The position numbers were made by a program, and so were the translations under genes. Shown here piece after piece: positions 17,036-25,945 of a stretch of 41,822 nt of DNA. Origin of the DNA: a virus (lineage: Duplodnaviria; Caudoviricetes); the IMG/VR virus record IMGVR_UViG_3300037484_001946, positions 1-41,822 of that record; one strand, written 5' to 3'. Below the pieces are notes generated by a model that worked only from the letters and a program-made list of their open reading frames with translations, did no database searches and was not told the DNA's origin. Position 1 is the first letter of the stretch; each line of letters opens with the position of its first letter.

Positions 17036-17464
17036 TCAGACGACCGGGTTGTGCCGGGCGAAGCCCTTGAGGACGTTCGCGCCGACGATGCCCGAGCCCG
17101 TGCCCGATCCGGTGGGAGCCACGAGGTTCACCCGGATGAACTGCTTCGAACCGATGTAGGCCACCGTCTTCACGGTGTTCGACTCGTCCAGGGCGGGCGA
17201 GCTCGAGTAGGTCAGCGTCGGTTCGGTCCCGATGAGATCGGCGTCCGCAACGGCGGTATAGGACCCGCCGACCGTGGCGCACTCGACGATCTCGATCCCG
17301 TAGACGTTGACCTCCGTCCCGAGAGCCCCGGCGAAGAACTCGATCAGCGCGCCCTCGACGCTGGCGAGGTCGATGGCTTCGCCCGTCACGGCGCCGCTCG
17401 CCTTCGAGCGGGCGGCCGCCGGCAGGGACACGACGGGGAGAATGCTGTGGCGCAAGTCTTTCAT
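17036..17464 (-). CDS. Probable capsid decoration/cement protein
   Basis: 142 aa directly after capsid with GGAGG RBS; G..ID, Y.G.K.FIR motifs typical of this position. Confidence 0.65.
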   Translation of the reverse strand: MKDLRHSILPVVSLPAAARSKASGAVTGEAIDLASVEGALIEFFAGALGTEVNVYGIEIVECATVGGSYTAVADADLIGTEPTLTYSSSPALDESNTVKTVAYIGSKQFIRVNLVAPTGSGTGSGIVGANVLKGFARHNPVV

Positions 17465-17474
17465 GTTTGCCTCC

Positions 17475-18632
17475 TTACGCCTTGAGGGTGAGGATTTTGA
17501 TCGCCTCGGGGAGGACGACCTGGCCGCCGACCCGACGCCGGAAGAGCAGGCCGACCTGCCCGTTCGCCGCGTAGAGCTCGACGAGCCGCTGGGTTTCCAT
17601 CCCGAGCCGGTCGACGATGACGTAGCCCTTCTTGAAGTCGCCGAAGGCCACGGCCTTGGCGCTCGCGGCCTCGGCCGGCATGTCGGGACATTCGACGTAG
17701 GGCCGCCCCAGAACCGTCGCGGCCGACCCGTCCTTGAGCCCCGGCTGCCACATGTAGTCGCCCGTCGTGGCGTTCTTGAGGAGGGAGACGGCCAGGGTCG
17801 ACGCCCGCCGCCAGATCCACGTGCCGTTCTTGGCGTACGGGTCCTTGATCGAGTAGAAGAGCTGCTTGAGGTCGTCGGCCAGGATCTTCCCGCTGGTCGT
17901 GACGCCCGTGAACCCGGTGATGGAAGTGTTGACGAGGATGCCCTCCATCTGGCCCGACGCCGAGATCCCGGAGATCGCCTCCGTCCCTTCCTTGACGCCG
18001 AACTGCTCGGCCGCCTCGGCGGTGATGAACGCCTCCAGCGGGAAGGCGCTGTCCTCGAGGTTTTGCTTCGAGACCTTGACCAGGGCGTACATCTCCCCGG
18101 CGGGGATTTGCTCGAGTCCGAAGGTCAGGCCCGTGGTCTCGGTGCGCGTCCCGATCTCGGACGTCCGGTAGGCCGCGAACGTCCCGGTCTTCTTCGGCCA
18201 GTCGACGCCCGGCGCGCTCGTGGAGATGACGCGGGCGAGGGACCGGATCGGCGAGTACTCGGTGATGTTGGCCAGGATCTCCCTCACCAGCTCGTTCGGA
18301 GCGGCCAGGTACCCGCCGGTCGTGAGGTCGCTGATGGTCAGGACCTTGCGCTCGGCCGGGGCCAGGGCGTCGGCGCCCATCCGGATGAACTTGCCGTAGG
18401 CCGCCTTGTGTTCCAGCTTCCGCTTGTCGGGGTCGTCGCTCGGGCCCGCGGGCGGCGCCTGGAGCTTGACCAGCGCGGCGGAGATCTCGTCCAGCCGTCC
18501 ACCGATCTTCGTCTGGAACTCGGCGAACGCGGCCGTGTCGGTCTTGCCCTTGAGAAGCTCGTCGTTCTTCTTTTGAAGATCGACGATGAGCTTCTTCTGC
18601 TCTTCGATGAGTTTCTTCAGCTCTTCGTCCAA
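17475..18632 (-). CDS. Major capsid protein (HK97 fold, with delta domain)
   Basis: Coiled-coil N-terminus; GGYL.P, S.Q.LEDS, LK...G.Y.WQP, LG.P, FGDF and R.GG motifs. Confidence 0.96.
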   Translation of the reverse strand: MDEELKKLIEEQKKLIVDLQKKNDELLKGKTDTAAFAEFQTKIGGRLDEISAALVKLQAPPAGPSDDPDKRKLEHKAAYGKFIRMGADALAPAERKVLTISDLTTGGYLAAPNELVREILANITEYSPIRSLARVISTSAPGVDWPKKTGTFAAYRTSEIGTRTETTGLTFGLEQIPAGEMYALVKVSKQNLEDSAFPLEAFITAEAAEQFGVKEGTEAISGISASGQMEGILVNTSITGFTGVTTSGKILADDLKQLFYSIKDPYAKNGTWIWRRASTLAVSLLKNATTGDYMWQPGLKDGSAATVLGRPYVECPDMPAEAASAKAVAFGDFKKGYVIVDRLGMETQRLVELYAANGQVGLLFRRRVGGQVVLPEAIKILTLKA

Positions 18633-18634
18633 AG

Positions 18635-19333
18635 TTACACCTCGCTTTGAAGTAGTCTGGCGAACTCGCTGTTCGCCGACTTCACGGCCTCGATGAGGCC
18701 GCTATCCGCGGGCGGCTCGTTTTTCGGAGTGCCTGCCGGCGGCTCCGTCTTTCCGAGTGCCAAATGGGATTCGAGATTGCGGAGAAACGCGAGCTTCTCC
18801 TCGTCCGTGATCGATTGAGGGTCGAGGTCGCCGAGCTCGGCGGCGATCCTGGCCATGCGGCTCTTGACGTCGGTTACGACCGCGCCCGGGCACGCCTGGA
18901 AGTTGCAGAGAGAGACTTCCCAGAGCTCGATCTCTTTGAGATGACGCTCGTTGGTCGCGCGGTCGATCGTTTCCTTGAGCACGTTGTAGCCGATCGATAA
19001 CCCGTCGAGCGTCCCGTTCTTCATGTTCACGTAGGCTTCGCGAGCCCTCTGCAATTCGAGATAGAGCTGGCCGGATGCGACCCGGAGGCCCTTTTTGTCC
19101 TCTTCGAGCTCGATGTATCCAATGGCCGGAACCCAGGCGTCGTGGCTCCACAGGAGCTTGAATCTCTCGCGCTCCTTCAGGGTTTTCTTGAACGCGCCGA
19201 AGTCCACGATATCGCCATACGAATCGACGACCCCGAAGATCGAGGCATAGCCGGTGAAGTGCCCTTCCTCATCGATCGATTCGGCATTGGCCTTGAATCG
19301 GAAGTATTTAAGCTCTTTGGTTTTCATGGCCAT
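18635..19333 (-). CDS. HK97-family prohead protease
   Basis: F.GYAS.F..VDSYGD....GAF, LLW.H, GLSIGY and L.E.S motifs. Confidence 0.95.
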   Translation of the reverse strand: MAMKTKELKYFRFKANAESIDEEGHFTGYASIFGVVDSYGDIVDFGAFKKTLKERERFKLLWSHDAWVPAIGYIELEEDKKGLRVASGQLYLELQRAREAYVNMKNGTLDGLSIGYNVLKETIDRATNERHLKEIELWEVSLCNFQACPGAVVTDVKSRMARIAAELGDLDPQSITDEEKLAFLRNLESHLALGKTEPPAGTPKNEPPADSGLIEAVKSANSEFARLLQSEV

Positions 19334-19335
19334 CC

Positions 19336-21408
19336 TCACTCCCCGACCACCGGATACGTCGTACAGAGGCAGTTCACGACGTTCCCCGCGTCTCCGCCCG
19401 GATCTCCCGGATAGGCGAGGATCTCGCTTCCGACTTTGAAGTCTTCATCTAGCGCGACCTCCTGGCCGTCCGCTTCCATGTGGGCCTCGCGGCTGTCCTC
19501 GACGAACGAGCACAGCCAGCCCTTCCGGTCCACGAATCCGATCTGCCGATAGCCTTCGATCTGGCCGGCGTTCTCGACCTTCCCGGTCTCGGTCCTGGCG
19601 ATCCGCCGGGCACGGGCGATCGATAGCTCTTCGAGCTTCTCCTTCAGCCCCTGGGTGATCTCCTCAACCGTGTACCGCTCGGCGTCAAAGGCAGTAAGGA
19701 ATCTGCCGATCTCCTTGACCGTCTCCTCGTTGATCCATTTGGCCGACTCGGCCAGGAGTTTCTCGATAAGCTTCTTATGCTCGGCCGTGAGATCGAACGT
19801 GGGATCGCCCTTGGATTCCTCTTCGAAGTCGTAGAGCTTCCCGGACGAGAGCCGCATCCCGGCCGTACCGGCGGTCTTGAAGAGCCAGCGGTACCTGGCG
19901 CGGAATTTCCCCGCGAAGGCCGCGTTCTCTTTTTCGAGGTCGACGAGGCTCTCGGCCCGCAGATCCGCCGGCGAGCCGGCTGAGCGGGCCTTGGTGATGA
20001 TGTCTTTATTCTGCCGGGCTAGGAAAGCCTCCGCGTCCGCCAGGAGTCCCCGCTCCTTCGCCTTGACCCGGGCGATGAAGTTGTCCCACAGGGCCCGCTT
20101 CTTTTCGGGCGCGGACCACAGGCCCTTCGTCGCCTTCCGGGCCTTCGGTTCTTCCTCGGCGTCAGCCTCGGGATCCGGCTCGGGCCCTGGTTCAGGCTCG
20201 ATCGGCTCGGGCGGCGCGACCGCGTCTTCGAGCGGAATCTTTCCGATAGGGACGAAGATCGTTTCGCCCAGCGGCCCGCCGATCTCATCCTGTCCCGTGG
20301 CCTTCCGCAATTCGTCCAGCCGGAGCCACCAGGCCCCGGCAAGGTATGTGTAGAGCTTCTCCCGATTCTCCTGGAGCGCCGGAATCTTGTCCTTATTCAC
20401 GGCCAGGACGACGCCTTCCCCGAACATGGGCGAGAGCCAGAAATTCAGATCGTCCGCGAACTCGTCCATGAGCGGGATGACCGTGTCCTCATATAGCCCT
20501 TTGCGCGCTTCGATCTTGTTCGAATACGTCGCATACTCCGAATCGCCCACGAGACACGGGTCGACGTTAAACACCGTGCAGATATCCCGCCGGTTAAACT
20601 TCGTCGTGTTGAGCCAATCCATCTCCTTGGCCGTGAGCATGAAGTTGACCCACTTCAGCCCGCCTTCGAGGAGAAGCGGCTTGCCGGCGTTTGCGTAGCC
20701 CGACCATTCCTGCTCCATCATGGTCTTAAGGCGCTTGAACTGCGTATCGTTCAGCGGCGTCTCTGCCGAGAGCGCTCCGGGTGGCCTCATGTCGTTCTGG
20801 AGAAGGCGCATATTCCACTCGGACGACATGTTCGAGATATCGACCGCGTGAGAAGCCACGGAGAGCGGGGAGAGTCCGTAGAAGTCATCTGTCGGGTGGA
20901 AGAGCTTCGAGTGCAAGACCTGGCCGGGCTCGAAGGTGAGCGGTTCGCTGGAAACGCGGTATTCATACCCACCGACGAGCTGGCCTCGCGTGCCGGGCAG
21001 AACCTTCATCCTGTCGGGCCGTGGCACCCAGAGGGCCAGCGGGGGCTGCGTGCCGATCCGGCCGGCCACCACATAGCGGTTCCCGCTGAGGAGGAAGAAG
21101 CTGAAGGCCTTCGTGATAAAGGCCCGGCGCCCCTCTGTGTCGTTCGGGCGATTGAGGAGATTGAGGATCTTGTGCTCGGGCGCGTCCTTCTCCCTGACCT
21201 TGGCCGTCCACTCGATTCCTGCCGCCGATCTGGCGATGAGGTTGACGCAAGAATAGACGGCCATGCAGTTTTCGTACCCCGCTTTGGAAAGGGACGCGTA
21301 GTCCGCCGGCGTCCAAAGCGCGTTCTTGCTAAGGCCGAAAAGGATGAACCTGGCGAACGGATTGTCGATCCCGGAGACGGCCTTGCGGAGACGCGAGAAG
21401 ATGCTCAA
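19336..21408 (-). CDS. HK97-family portal fused to a MuF/gp7-like minor head domain
   Basis: Portal motifs VY.C...IA, LL.RPN, YGLSPL and NAGKP.LLEGGL; Pro/Glu linker; C-terminal RARRIARTE, K.W, R..H...DGQ, YPGDP and NC.C MuF motifs. Confidence 0.93.
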   Translation of the reverse strand: MSIFSRLRKAVSGIDNPFARFILFGLSKNALWTPADYASLSKAGYENCMAVYSCVNLIARSAAGIEWTAKVREKDAPEHKILNLLNRPNDTEGRRAFITKAFSFFLLSGNRYVVAGRIGTQPPLALWVPRPDRMKVLPGTRGQLVGGYEYRVSSEPLTFEPGQVLHSKLFHPTDDFYGLSPLSVASHAVDISNMSSEWNMRLLQNDMRPPGALSAETPLNDTQFKRLKTMMEQEWSGYANAGKPLLLEGGLKWVNFMLTAKEMDWLNTTKFNRRDICTVFNVDPCLVGDSEYATYSNKIEARKGLYEDTVIPLMDEFADDLNFWLSPMFGEGVVLAVNKDKIPALQENREKLYTYLAGAWWLRLDELRKATGQDEIGGPLGETIFVPIGKIPLEDAVAPPEPIEPEPGPEPDPEADAEEEPKARKATKGLWSAPEKKRALWDNFIARVKAKERGLLADAEAFLARQNKDIITKARSAGSPADLRAESLVDLEKENAAFAGKFRARYRWLFKTAGTAGMRLSSGKLYDFEEESKGDPTFDLTAEHKKLIEKLLAESAKWINEETVKEIGRFLTAFDAERYTVEEITQGLKEKLEELSIARARRIARTETGKVENAGQIEGYRQIGFVDRKGWLCSFVEDSREAHMEADGQEVALDEDFKVGSEILAYPGDPGGDAGNVVNCLCTTYPVVGE

Positions 21409-21415
21409 TCTGCCC

Positions 21416-23110
21416 TCAGAAAGCGATGCCGATGAAGGCTACCCGTAAATTCTTGTTGTCGCCGACCTTGTTCTGGACCTTTAGAACGCCGCCCTCGAAG
21501 TAGGTGTTATAGGTTGAGGCGTTGTCCTTGGTCGTGGTAAACGTAGCCTCGGCCGAGCTTGGAGTCAGGGTCGTGTTCGCGACCCAGTAGAACTCAGCCT
21601 CGTTTCCGGTCGACTCCTGGACAATGAGAAGACCATAGGCACCGGCCCAGGTCGTGACCAGCACTTCGTCGGTGTCGAAATCGGGATCGGCGCCAACCTG
21701 GGTCCCGGTGAATCCGTTGAAGGTTCCGACCGCGGACGTGGACGCCATGACGGGAATGTATCCGGCGGTGCCGTTGATGTTGACCTTGGCCCAACCCGAG
21801 GTGGCCAGGCCGGAGGCCGCGTCGATCGCCTTATGGGTTCCCGCGTTGGCGTCAAAGCGGAGGAAGAATGCGTTGGTCACGGCCGCGCCCTTGGAGACGG
21901 CAGGGGTCAGGAGGTCGAAGTAGTTGTGGCCGGCGATCGTTCTGGCGGTTAGGGTCGAGATGTCGATCGTGCAGCCGGATCCGGCGCCCCCGGTCGTAGC
22001 GTGCGCGGCGGTGGCGTCATAGCCTGTGCCTCCGGCCGAGACGGTGACCGCGGTGACCGTGCCCGTCCCGTCGACCGTGGCCACGGCCAGCTTGCCGCCC
22101 GTTCCTCCCGCGACATCGAGCAGATCCCCAACGTGGTATCCCAGGCCGGCGACGCTGATCCCAACCGTATCCAGGTGGCCATCGCCGGCGTCGACCGCGG
22201 TGATATCGGCCACAAAGCCAGCCCCGTTCCCGCCCGAGCAGGCCTGGGTCGATACGGTATAGCCAGTCCCCGGGGTGTCGATCGTGATCCCCGTGACGTG
22301 CGCGTCGCCGTCGATTGTCGAGACCGTGACCTGGCCGCCGGTCCCGCCGGCCACGTCCAGGACGTCGCTGACGTGATAGAGGGTCCCGCCGGCGTTGACG
22401 GCGACCGTTGCGATGATTCCGTCTCCGACATATGCGGGCGTCGACCTCCAGGCCGCCGGGTAGTCGTCGTTCGCGCCCGCGGTGATCGATTTCGCATAGG
22501 CGAGGTAGCCGGCCCGGAAGGTCGGGGAGGCCGTGGTATCCAAGCTCTGGTTGATAGTCGAGTCCCCGGTAAGGGTGAAAGTCTTTGGCGTCGTCCCTCC
22601 GGCTAGGGTGAATCCCACGGCCGCGGCGGTCGGGGTCAATCCGTTGTACGTCTTCCCGGACAGGGCCGCGGCGATATTCGCGCTAGAAACGGGTACGGTG
22701 AGCCCGGTCCCGTACGTCGAGACGTCGGTCGCCCAGGTCCCGAACGCCCCGATGACCTGCCAGCGGTTCGTCTGGGCGTAGACCAGCGTAATCGAGGCGT
22801 AGGTCTCGGTGGCCGTGGTGTTTCGGATGTACTGCCCGACGCCGGAGTCGGCGATGTAGTCCGCGGCCGCGGCCTGGATCGTGACGTTTCCCGCCCCCCG
22901 CTTCTGCACCGTGATCGTCATCCCGATCTGGGCCGGGGCTGGGCCCGGAAGGTAGATCGTCCTGGCGGAGGCCGAGTTCATGATGATGGTCGAGCCGTGG
23001 TCTGTCGGGAGGACGGCATAGTCCGCGGTCTTGACGGAGACGGTCCCCAGTTGGCCGAAGGAAAGCACGGCCAGGGGGATGACGAGGAATAGGGCGAATA
23101 TTTTTTTCAT
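21416..23110 (-). CDS. Signal-peptide protein with phage-fibre-like domain and two ~80-aa G(T/L)GY repeats
   Basis: Start MKKIF at 23110 (AAGGAG RBS, ATGA overlap with terL); 564 aa; signal ending SFG/Q; KTADY...D..TI.LP...G......G.VTI...Y.SITL...W domain; duplicated YHV.D.LDVAGGTGG. Confidence 0.8.
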   Translation of the reverse strand: MKKIFALFLVIPLAVLSFGQLGTVSVKTADYAVLPTDHGSTIIMNSASARTIYLPGPAPAQIGMTITVQKRGAGNVTIQAAAADYIADSGVGQYIRNTTATETYASITLVYAQTNRWQVIGAFGTWATDVSTYGTGLTVPVSSANIAAALSGKTYNGLTPTAAAVGFTLAGGTTPKTFTLTGDSTINQSLDTTASPTFRAGYLAYAKSITAGANDDYPAAWRSTPAYVGDGIIATVAVNAGGTLYHVSDVLDVAGGTGGQVTVSTIDGDAHVTGITIDTPGTGYTVSTQACSGGNGAGFVADITAVDAGDGHLDTVGISVAGLGYHVGDLLDVAGGTGGKLAVATVDGTGTVTAVTVSAGGTGYDATAAHATTGGAGSGCTIDISTLTARTIAGHNYFDLLTPAVSKGAAVTNAFFLRFDANAGTHKAIDAASGLATSGWAKVNINGTAGYIPVMASTSAVGTFNGFTGTQVGADPDFDTDEVLVTTWAGAYGLLIVQESTGNEAEFYWVANTTLTPSSAEATFTTTKDNASTYNTYFEGGVLKVQNKVGDNKNLRVAFIGIAF

Positions 23111-24606
23111 CGGGAATCTCCTTCGCTCCGCAGGGATCGGATATTCGGTTCGATATTTTTCGGCTCGTAAAACGCCAGGAGAAAGGCGTCCGCGTCGTCG
23201 GGGCTCTTGCCCTGGAAGCGGGCCTTGTAGTCGTCCTTGCTCTCGATCTGCCGGCGGCCGCGCTTGTCGAGGGCCTTCGTCTTTCGGTTGACGAGCTCGG
23301 CCTCGAGCCGGTCGTCCCGCGGGCAGGCGATGTCCTGGATGAACTTCCCGACCTCGTACCACATCTCGGTCACGGCGTTCGGATAGTGATCGGGGTCGGA
23401 GGCCTCGGCGCCGAAGTTCACGGGGACCACGTCATAGCCCCTCGATTGGAGGATGTCCGTGACGCCCCCTCCGACCCCGGTATCATCGACTTTAATCCGG
23501 ATCGTCTTGTCGAAGCCGGCGAACCGCTCGACCTCATCCGCGACGTAGACGAGCTTCTCCCGCTCGGGGAATGCCTTCGGCTCGATGCGCTTCCTCGCCG
23601 CGACCTTCAGGCCCTTGGTACGATACATCACGGCGTCGTCTGTTCCGCCGCGGGCGACGTCGACGCCGATCCGCTCGGTCCCCTTGTCGTCGAAGTCGGC
23701 CCGCTCGCCGTTCGTGAACATCCGCTGGACCTGGGAGAGCTTGATGATCGAGTCGGCCCCCTCGTCGACGATCTGGCCCAGAACCTTGGTCTGGAAGAGG
23801 ATCGAGTCCTTCCCCCATTCCTTCTCGCAGTCCGCGATATAGGCCGGGGAAGCGATCTGAATATTGACGTCCTTGGGGTCCACGTACTTGAGCCGGAAGA
23901 CGTCCGGCCGAGTCAGGTCCCGCATCTCGATGCCCCGGAACTTCTCGCCCGTCACGTAGGGCGAGTCGAAGGCCGAGATATGGATCCGGTTCCAGTCGGA
24001 CTTCTCTTTCTCGAAAATCTTGTAGTACTGCTCGCCGACCTGGACACCGTCCGTCGTCGAGATCGCGAGCCAGCGGCAGAGCCCGCCGGTCATGAGCCCC
24101 CGGACAGAATCCCAGAGCCATTGAGGGATGCCCTTGGCCTCATCGAAGATGAAGAGGATCGCGGGCGCGTGCCAGCCCTCGGCCCGGGCCGGCTTGTCCG
24201 TCGAGAACCCGAAGGCGTAGTGATCGGGATCGTCCTCGACCTTGATCTCGGTCTTCAGGCATTCCCCCTCGAGCCGGATCCGGCTGTGAGCGTAGATCGT
24301 GTTGATCTCGGACCAGAGGAGCATCTTGATCTGCGGGAAGGTCGGCGCCGTGGTGATGACCTTCGAGTTCGGGATGCAGTTCAGGAACCAGACCGCCGCC
24401 TCGGCCGCGGTATAGGTCTTCGAAACGCCGTGAGATGCGCGGGCAGCCGTCTTTTCATTGTCGCGGATGGAACGAAGGAGATCCCGCTGTTTGGACCAGG
24501 TCAGATGACCGAGCGCGTGCTCCACGAAAAATACTGGATCGGCGCGATAGCTCGACATGAGCTCCGCCATCACCTGACCCGTCTCCCGCTCAGCTGCCAG
24601 TTCCAT
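23107..24606 (-). CDS. terL: Terminase large subunit
   Basis: DPV.F, Q motif, Walker A variant HGVSKT, Walker B IFDEA, nuclease IGVDVAR.G.D, VDD.GVGGGV.D and SPD.ADA. Confidence 0.93.
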   Translation of the reverse strand: MELAAERETGQVMAELMSSYRADPVFFVEHALGHLTWSKQRDLLRSIRDNEKTAARASHGVSKTYTAAEAAVWFLNCIPNSKVITTAPTFPQIKMLLWSEINTIYAHSRIRLEGECLKTEIKVEDDPDHYAFGFSTDKPARAEGWHAPAILFIFDEAKGIPQWLWDSVRGLMTGGLCRWLAISTTDGVQVGEQYYKIFEKEKSDWNRIHISAFDSPYVTGEKFRGIEMRDLTRPDVFRLKYVDPKDVNIQIASPAYIADCEKEWGKDSILFQTKVLGQIVDEGADSIIKLSQVQRMFTNGERADFDDKGTERIGVDVARGGTDDAVMYRTKGLKVAARKRIEPKAFPEREKLVYVADEVERFAGFDKTIRIKVDDTGVGGGVTDILQSRGYDVVPVNFGAEASDPDHYPNAVTEMWYEVGKFIQDIACPRDDRLEAELVNRKTKALDKRGRRQIESKDDYKARFQGKSPDDADAFLLAFYEPKNIEPNIRSLRSEGDSR

Positions 24607-25042
24607 CCCGGTATGCCTTCTCGGACTTTTTGAGCGCGCCGATCGAGAGCTGCCCGTGGAGGGTGAGGTCCCCGCCAAACTCGGTCTTCTCGATGTAGCC
24701 GCGCTTCTTGGCCCGCGTCTTGAGGAAGAAGTAGACCGCGGACGGCTCCATGCAATCGATCAGCTTATGGAGCTTGTCCTCGACGTGGTCGATCAGCGAT
24801 TCGAAGGCTTCGGCCGCGGCGGCTCCGAACACGGGATCCTTCTCGCACCAGTCGTAGAAGGTCCCGCGATCGATTCGGATCCTGGCGCTCGTCGCGGTGA
24901 CGTTGCAGCGGAGCTTCGGATAGAGCTTGAGGAAGGCGGCCTTGAGAAGCGCGGTTTTATCCGTCGCCTTTTTTATGGGCGTGGATTTTGTGGAGGGCCG
25001 CCGGGGCGTCTTCGCCACTCGTTTCTTTGCCGTTTTCTTCAT
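24590..25042 (-). CDS. terS: Terminase small subunit
   Basis: HTH (NVT......I.R.TFY.W...DP.F) and A..FFLKTR.K.RGY.E motif; immediately upstream of terL. Confidence 0.88.
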   Translation of the reverse strand: MKKTAKKRVAKTPRRPSTKSTPIKKATDKTALLKAAFLKLYPKLRCNVTATSARIRIDRGTFYDWCEKDPVFGAAAAEAFESLIDHVEDKLHKLIDCMEPSAVYFFLKTRAKKRGYIEKTEFGGDLTLHGQLSIGALKKSEKAYRDGTGS

Positions 25043-25125
25043 GCGTTACCGGGCTCCCCCGGGGCCGGAGGGGAGAGAATCCTCGCGACCCCGGAGGTTG
25101 CCGAACGAAAGGAGGAGGGACATGG

Positions 25126-25551
25126 TTATGATTCACCCTTCGCCGCTTGGCCCGCACCCTTCGCCCCCTGGGCCGCCTGGGCTACGGCGAGTTCTTGGAG
25201 CTTGGCAAATATCTGCTGATGATCTTGCCGATTCTCATGGCGCGATGCGGCGATGGCCGAAGTCAAGGATTGGCTCGTCGTTTCGACCGCGCTCATCCGC
25301 CCCTCGAATTTGACGTGATAGGGGCAGCCGGCCGGGGCGACTCCATCCAGGGGATGGCCGATCTCGACGTTGACCGAGCCTGTTCCTTGCGCCTGGACCT
25401 CCTGGCCATTCCGTCTCTGGGCCAGGGCCTTAAAGCCCGCCCGGGCGAGGCCGACGATGTTCGTAATGACAAGGGCAAGGGCCGCGTAGGTGATGACGCC
25501 CTGGCCGGGGATCGCGCTCGCCGCTTGCTGTGCCGTCTGCGGATCGATCAT
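25126..25551 (-). CDS. Single-pass membrane protein in lysis cassette (holin/accessory candidate)
   Basis: One hydrophobic helix (VITYAALALVITNIVGLA) then coiled-coil; last gene of the lysis cluster. Confidence 0.55.
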   Translation of the reverse strand: MIDPQTAQQAASAIPGQGVITYAALALVITNIVGLARAGFKALAQRRNGQEVQAQGTGSVNVEIGHPLDGVAPAGCPYHVKFEGRMSAVETTSQSLTSAIAASRHENRQDHQQIFAKLQELAVAQAAQGAKGAGQAAKGES

Positions 25552-25809
25552 TCACTTCCCCCTCAGGTATTTCCTGAGCTTGACGATCTCTTGCTCCAGC
25601 TCCAGGACCCAGGACACGAAGGCCGGATTGACGACGAGGTTCCCTTCGGGGGTGAACGAAAGGGGATTGAGCTTCACGGCTTCGGACGGCTTGAGCACAT
25701 CGTAGCCCTGCCCGAGGTCAGGCTTGTACTTCGGGCAACAGGAGCTACTGGCCCACGCTAAAAAGAATAGCGCGAACAGCAGCAGCGTCGCGGTTCGTGC
25801 ACGCTTCAA
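25552..25809 (-). CDS. Small lipoprotein, o-spanin (Rz1-like) candidate
   Basis: TTG start with GGGAG RBS inside the upstream gene; MKRAR + hydrophobic core + SSSC; overlaps upstream ORF by 65 nt. Confidence 0.6.
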   Translation of the reverse strand: MKRARTATLLLFALFFLAWASSSCCPKYKPDLGQGYDVLKPSEAVKLNPLSFTPEGNLVVNPAFVSWVLELEQEIVKLRKYLRGK

Positions 25810-25945
25810 TCAATTTCTCCCTTTTCTTTTCGTCGGCCTCTTGGGCCGCGTGTTCCTTCATGTTCTGCCACGCCTCGGCAACCAGCTCCCCAAGCCCTTC
25901 GAGCTTGGCGAGGAGCGCCAGGATTTCGCCGAGGTCGATGCTCAT
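25745..25945 (-). CDS. Small lysis-cassette protein (i-spanin-like candidate)
   Basis: 66 aa, ATGA-coupled to the endolysin; amphipathic N-terminus and charged helix. Confidence 0.5.
   Translation of the reverse strand: MSIDLGEILALLAKLEGLGELVAEAWQNMKEHAAQEADEKKREKLIEACTNRDAAAVRAILFSVGQ

Noticed and set aside
19336-19700. MuF polymorphic toxin
   Set aside because: ORF ends right after the MuF NC.C motif; no toxin extension or immunity gene
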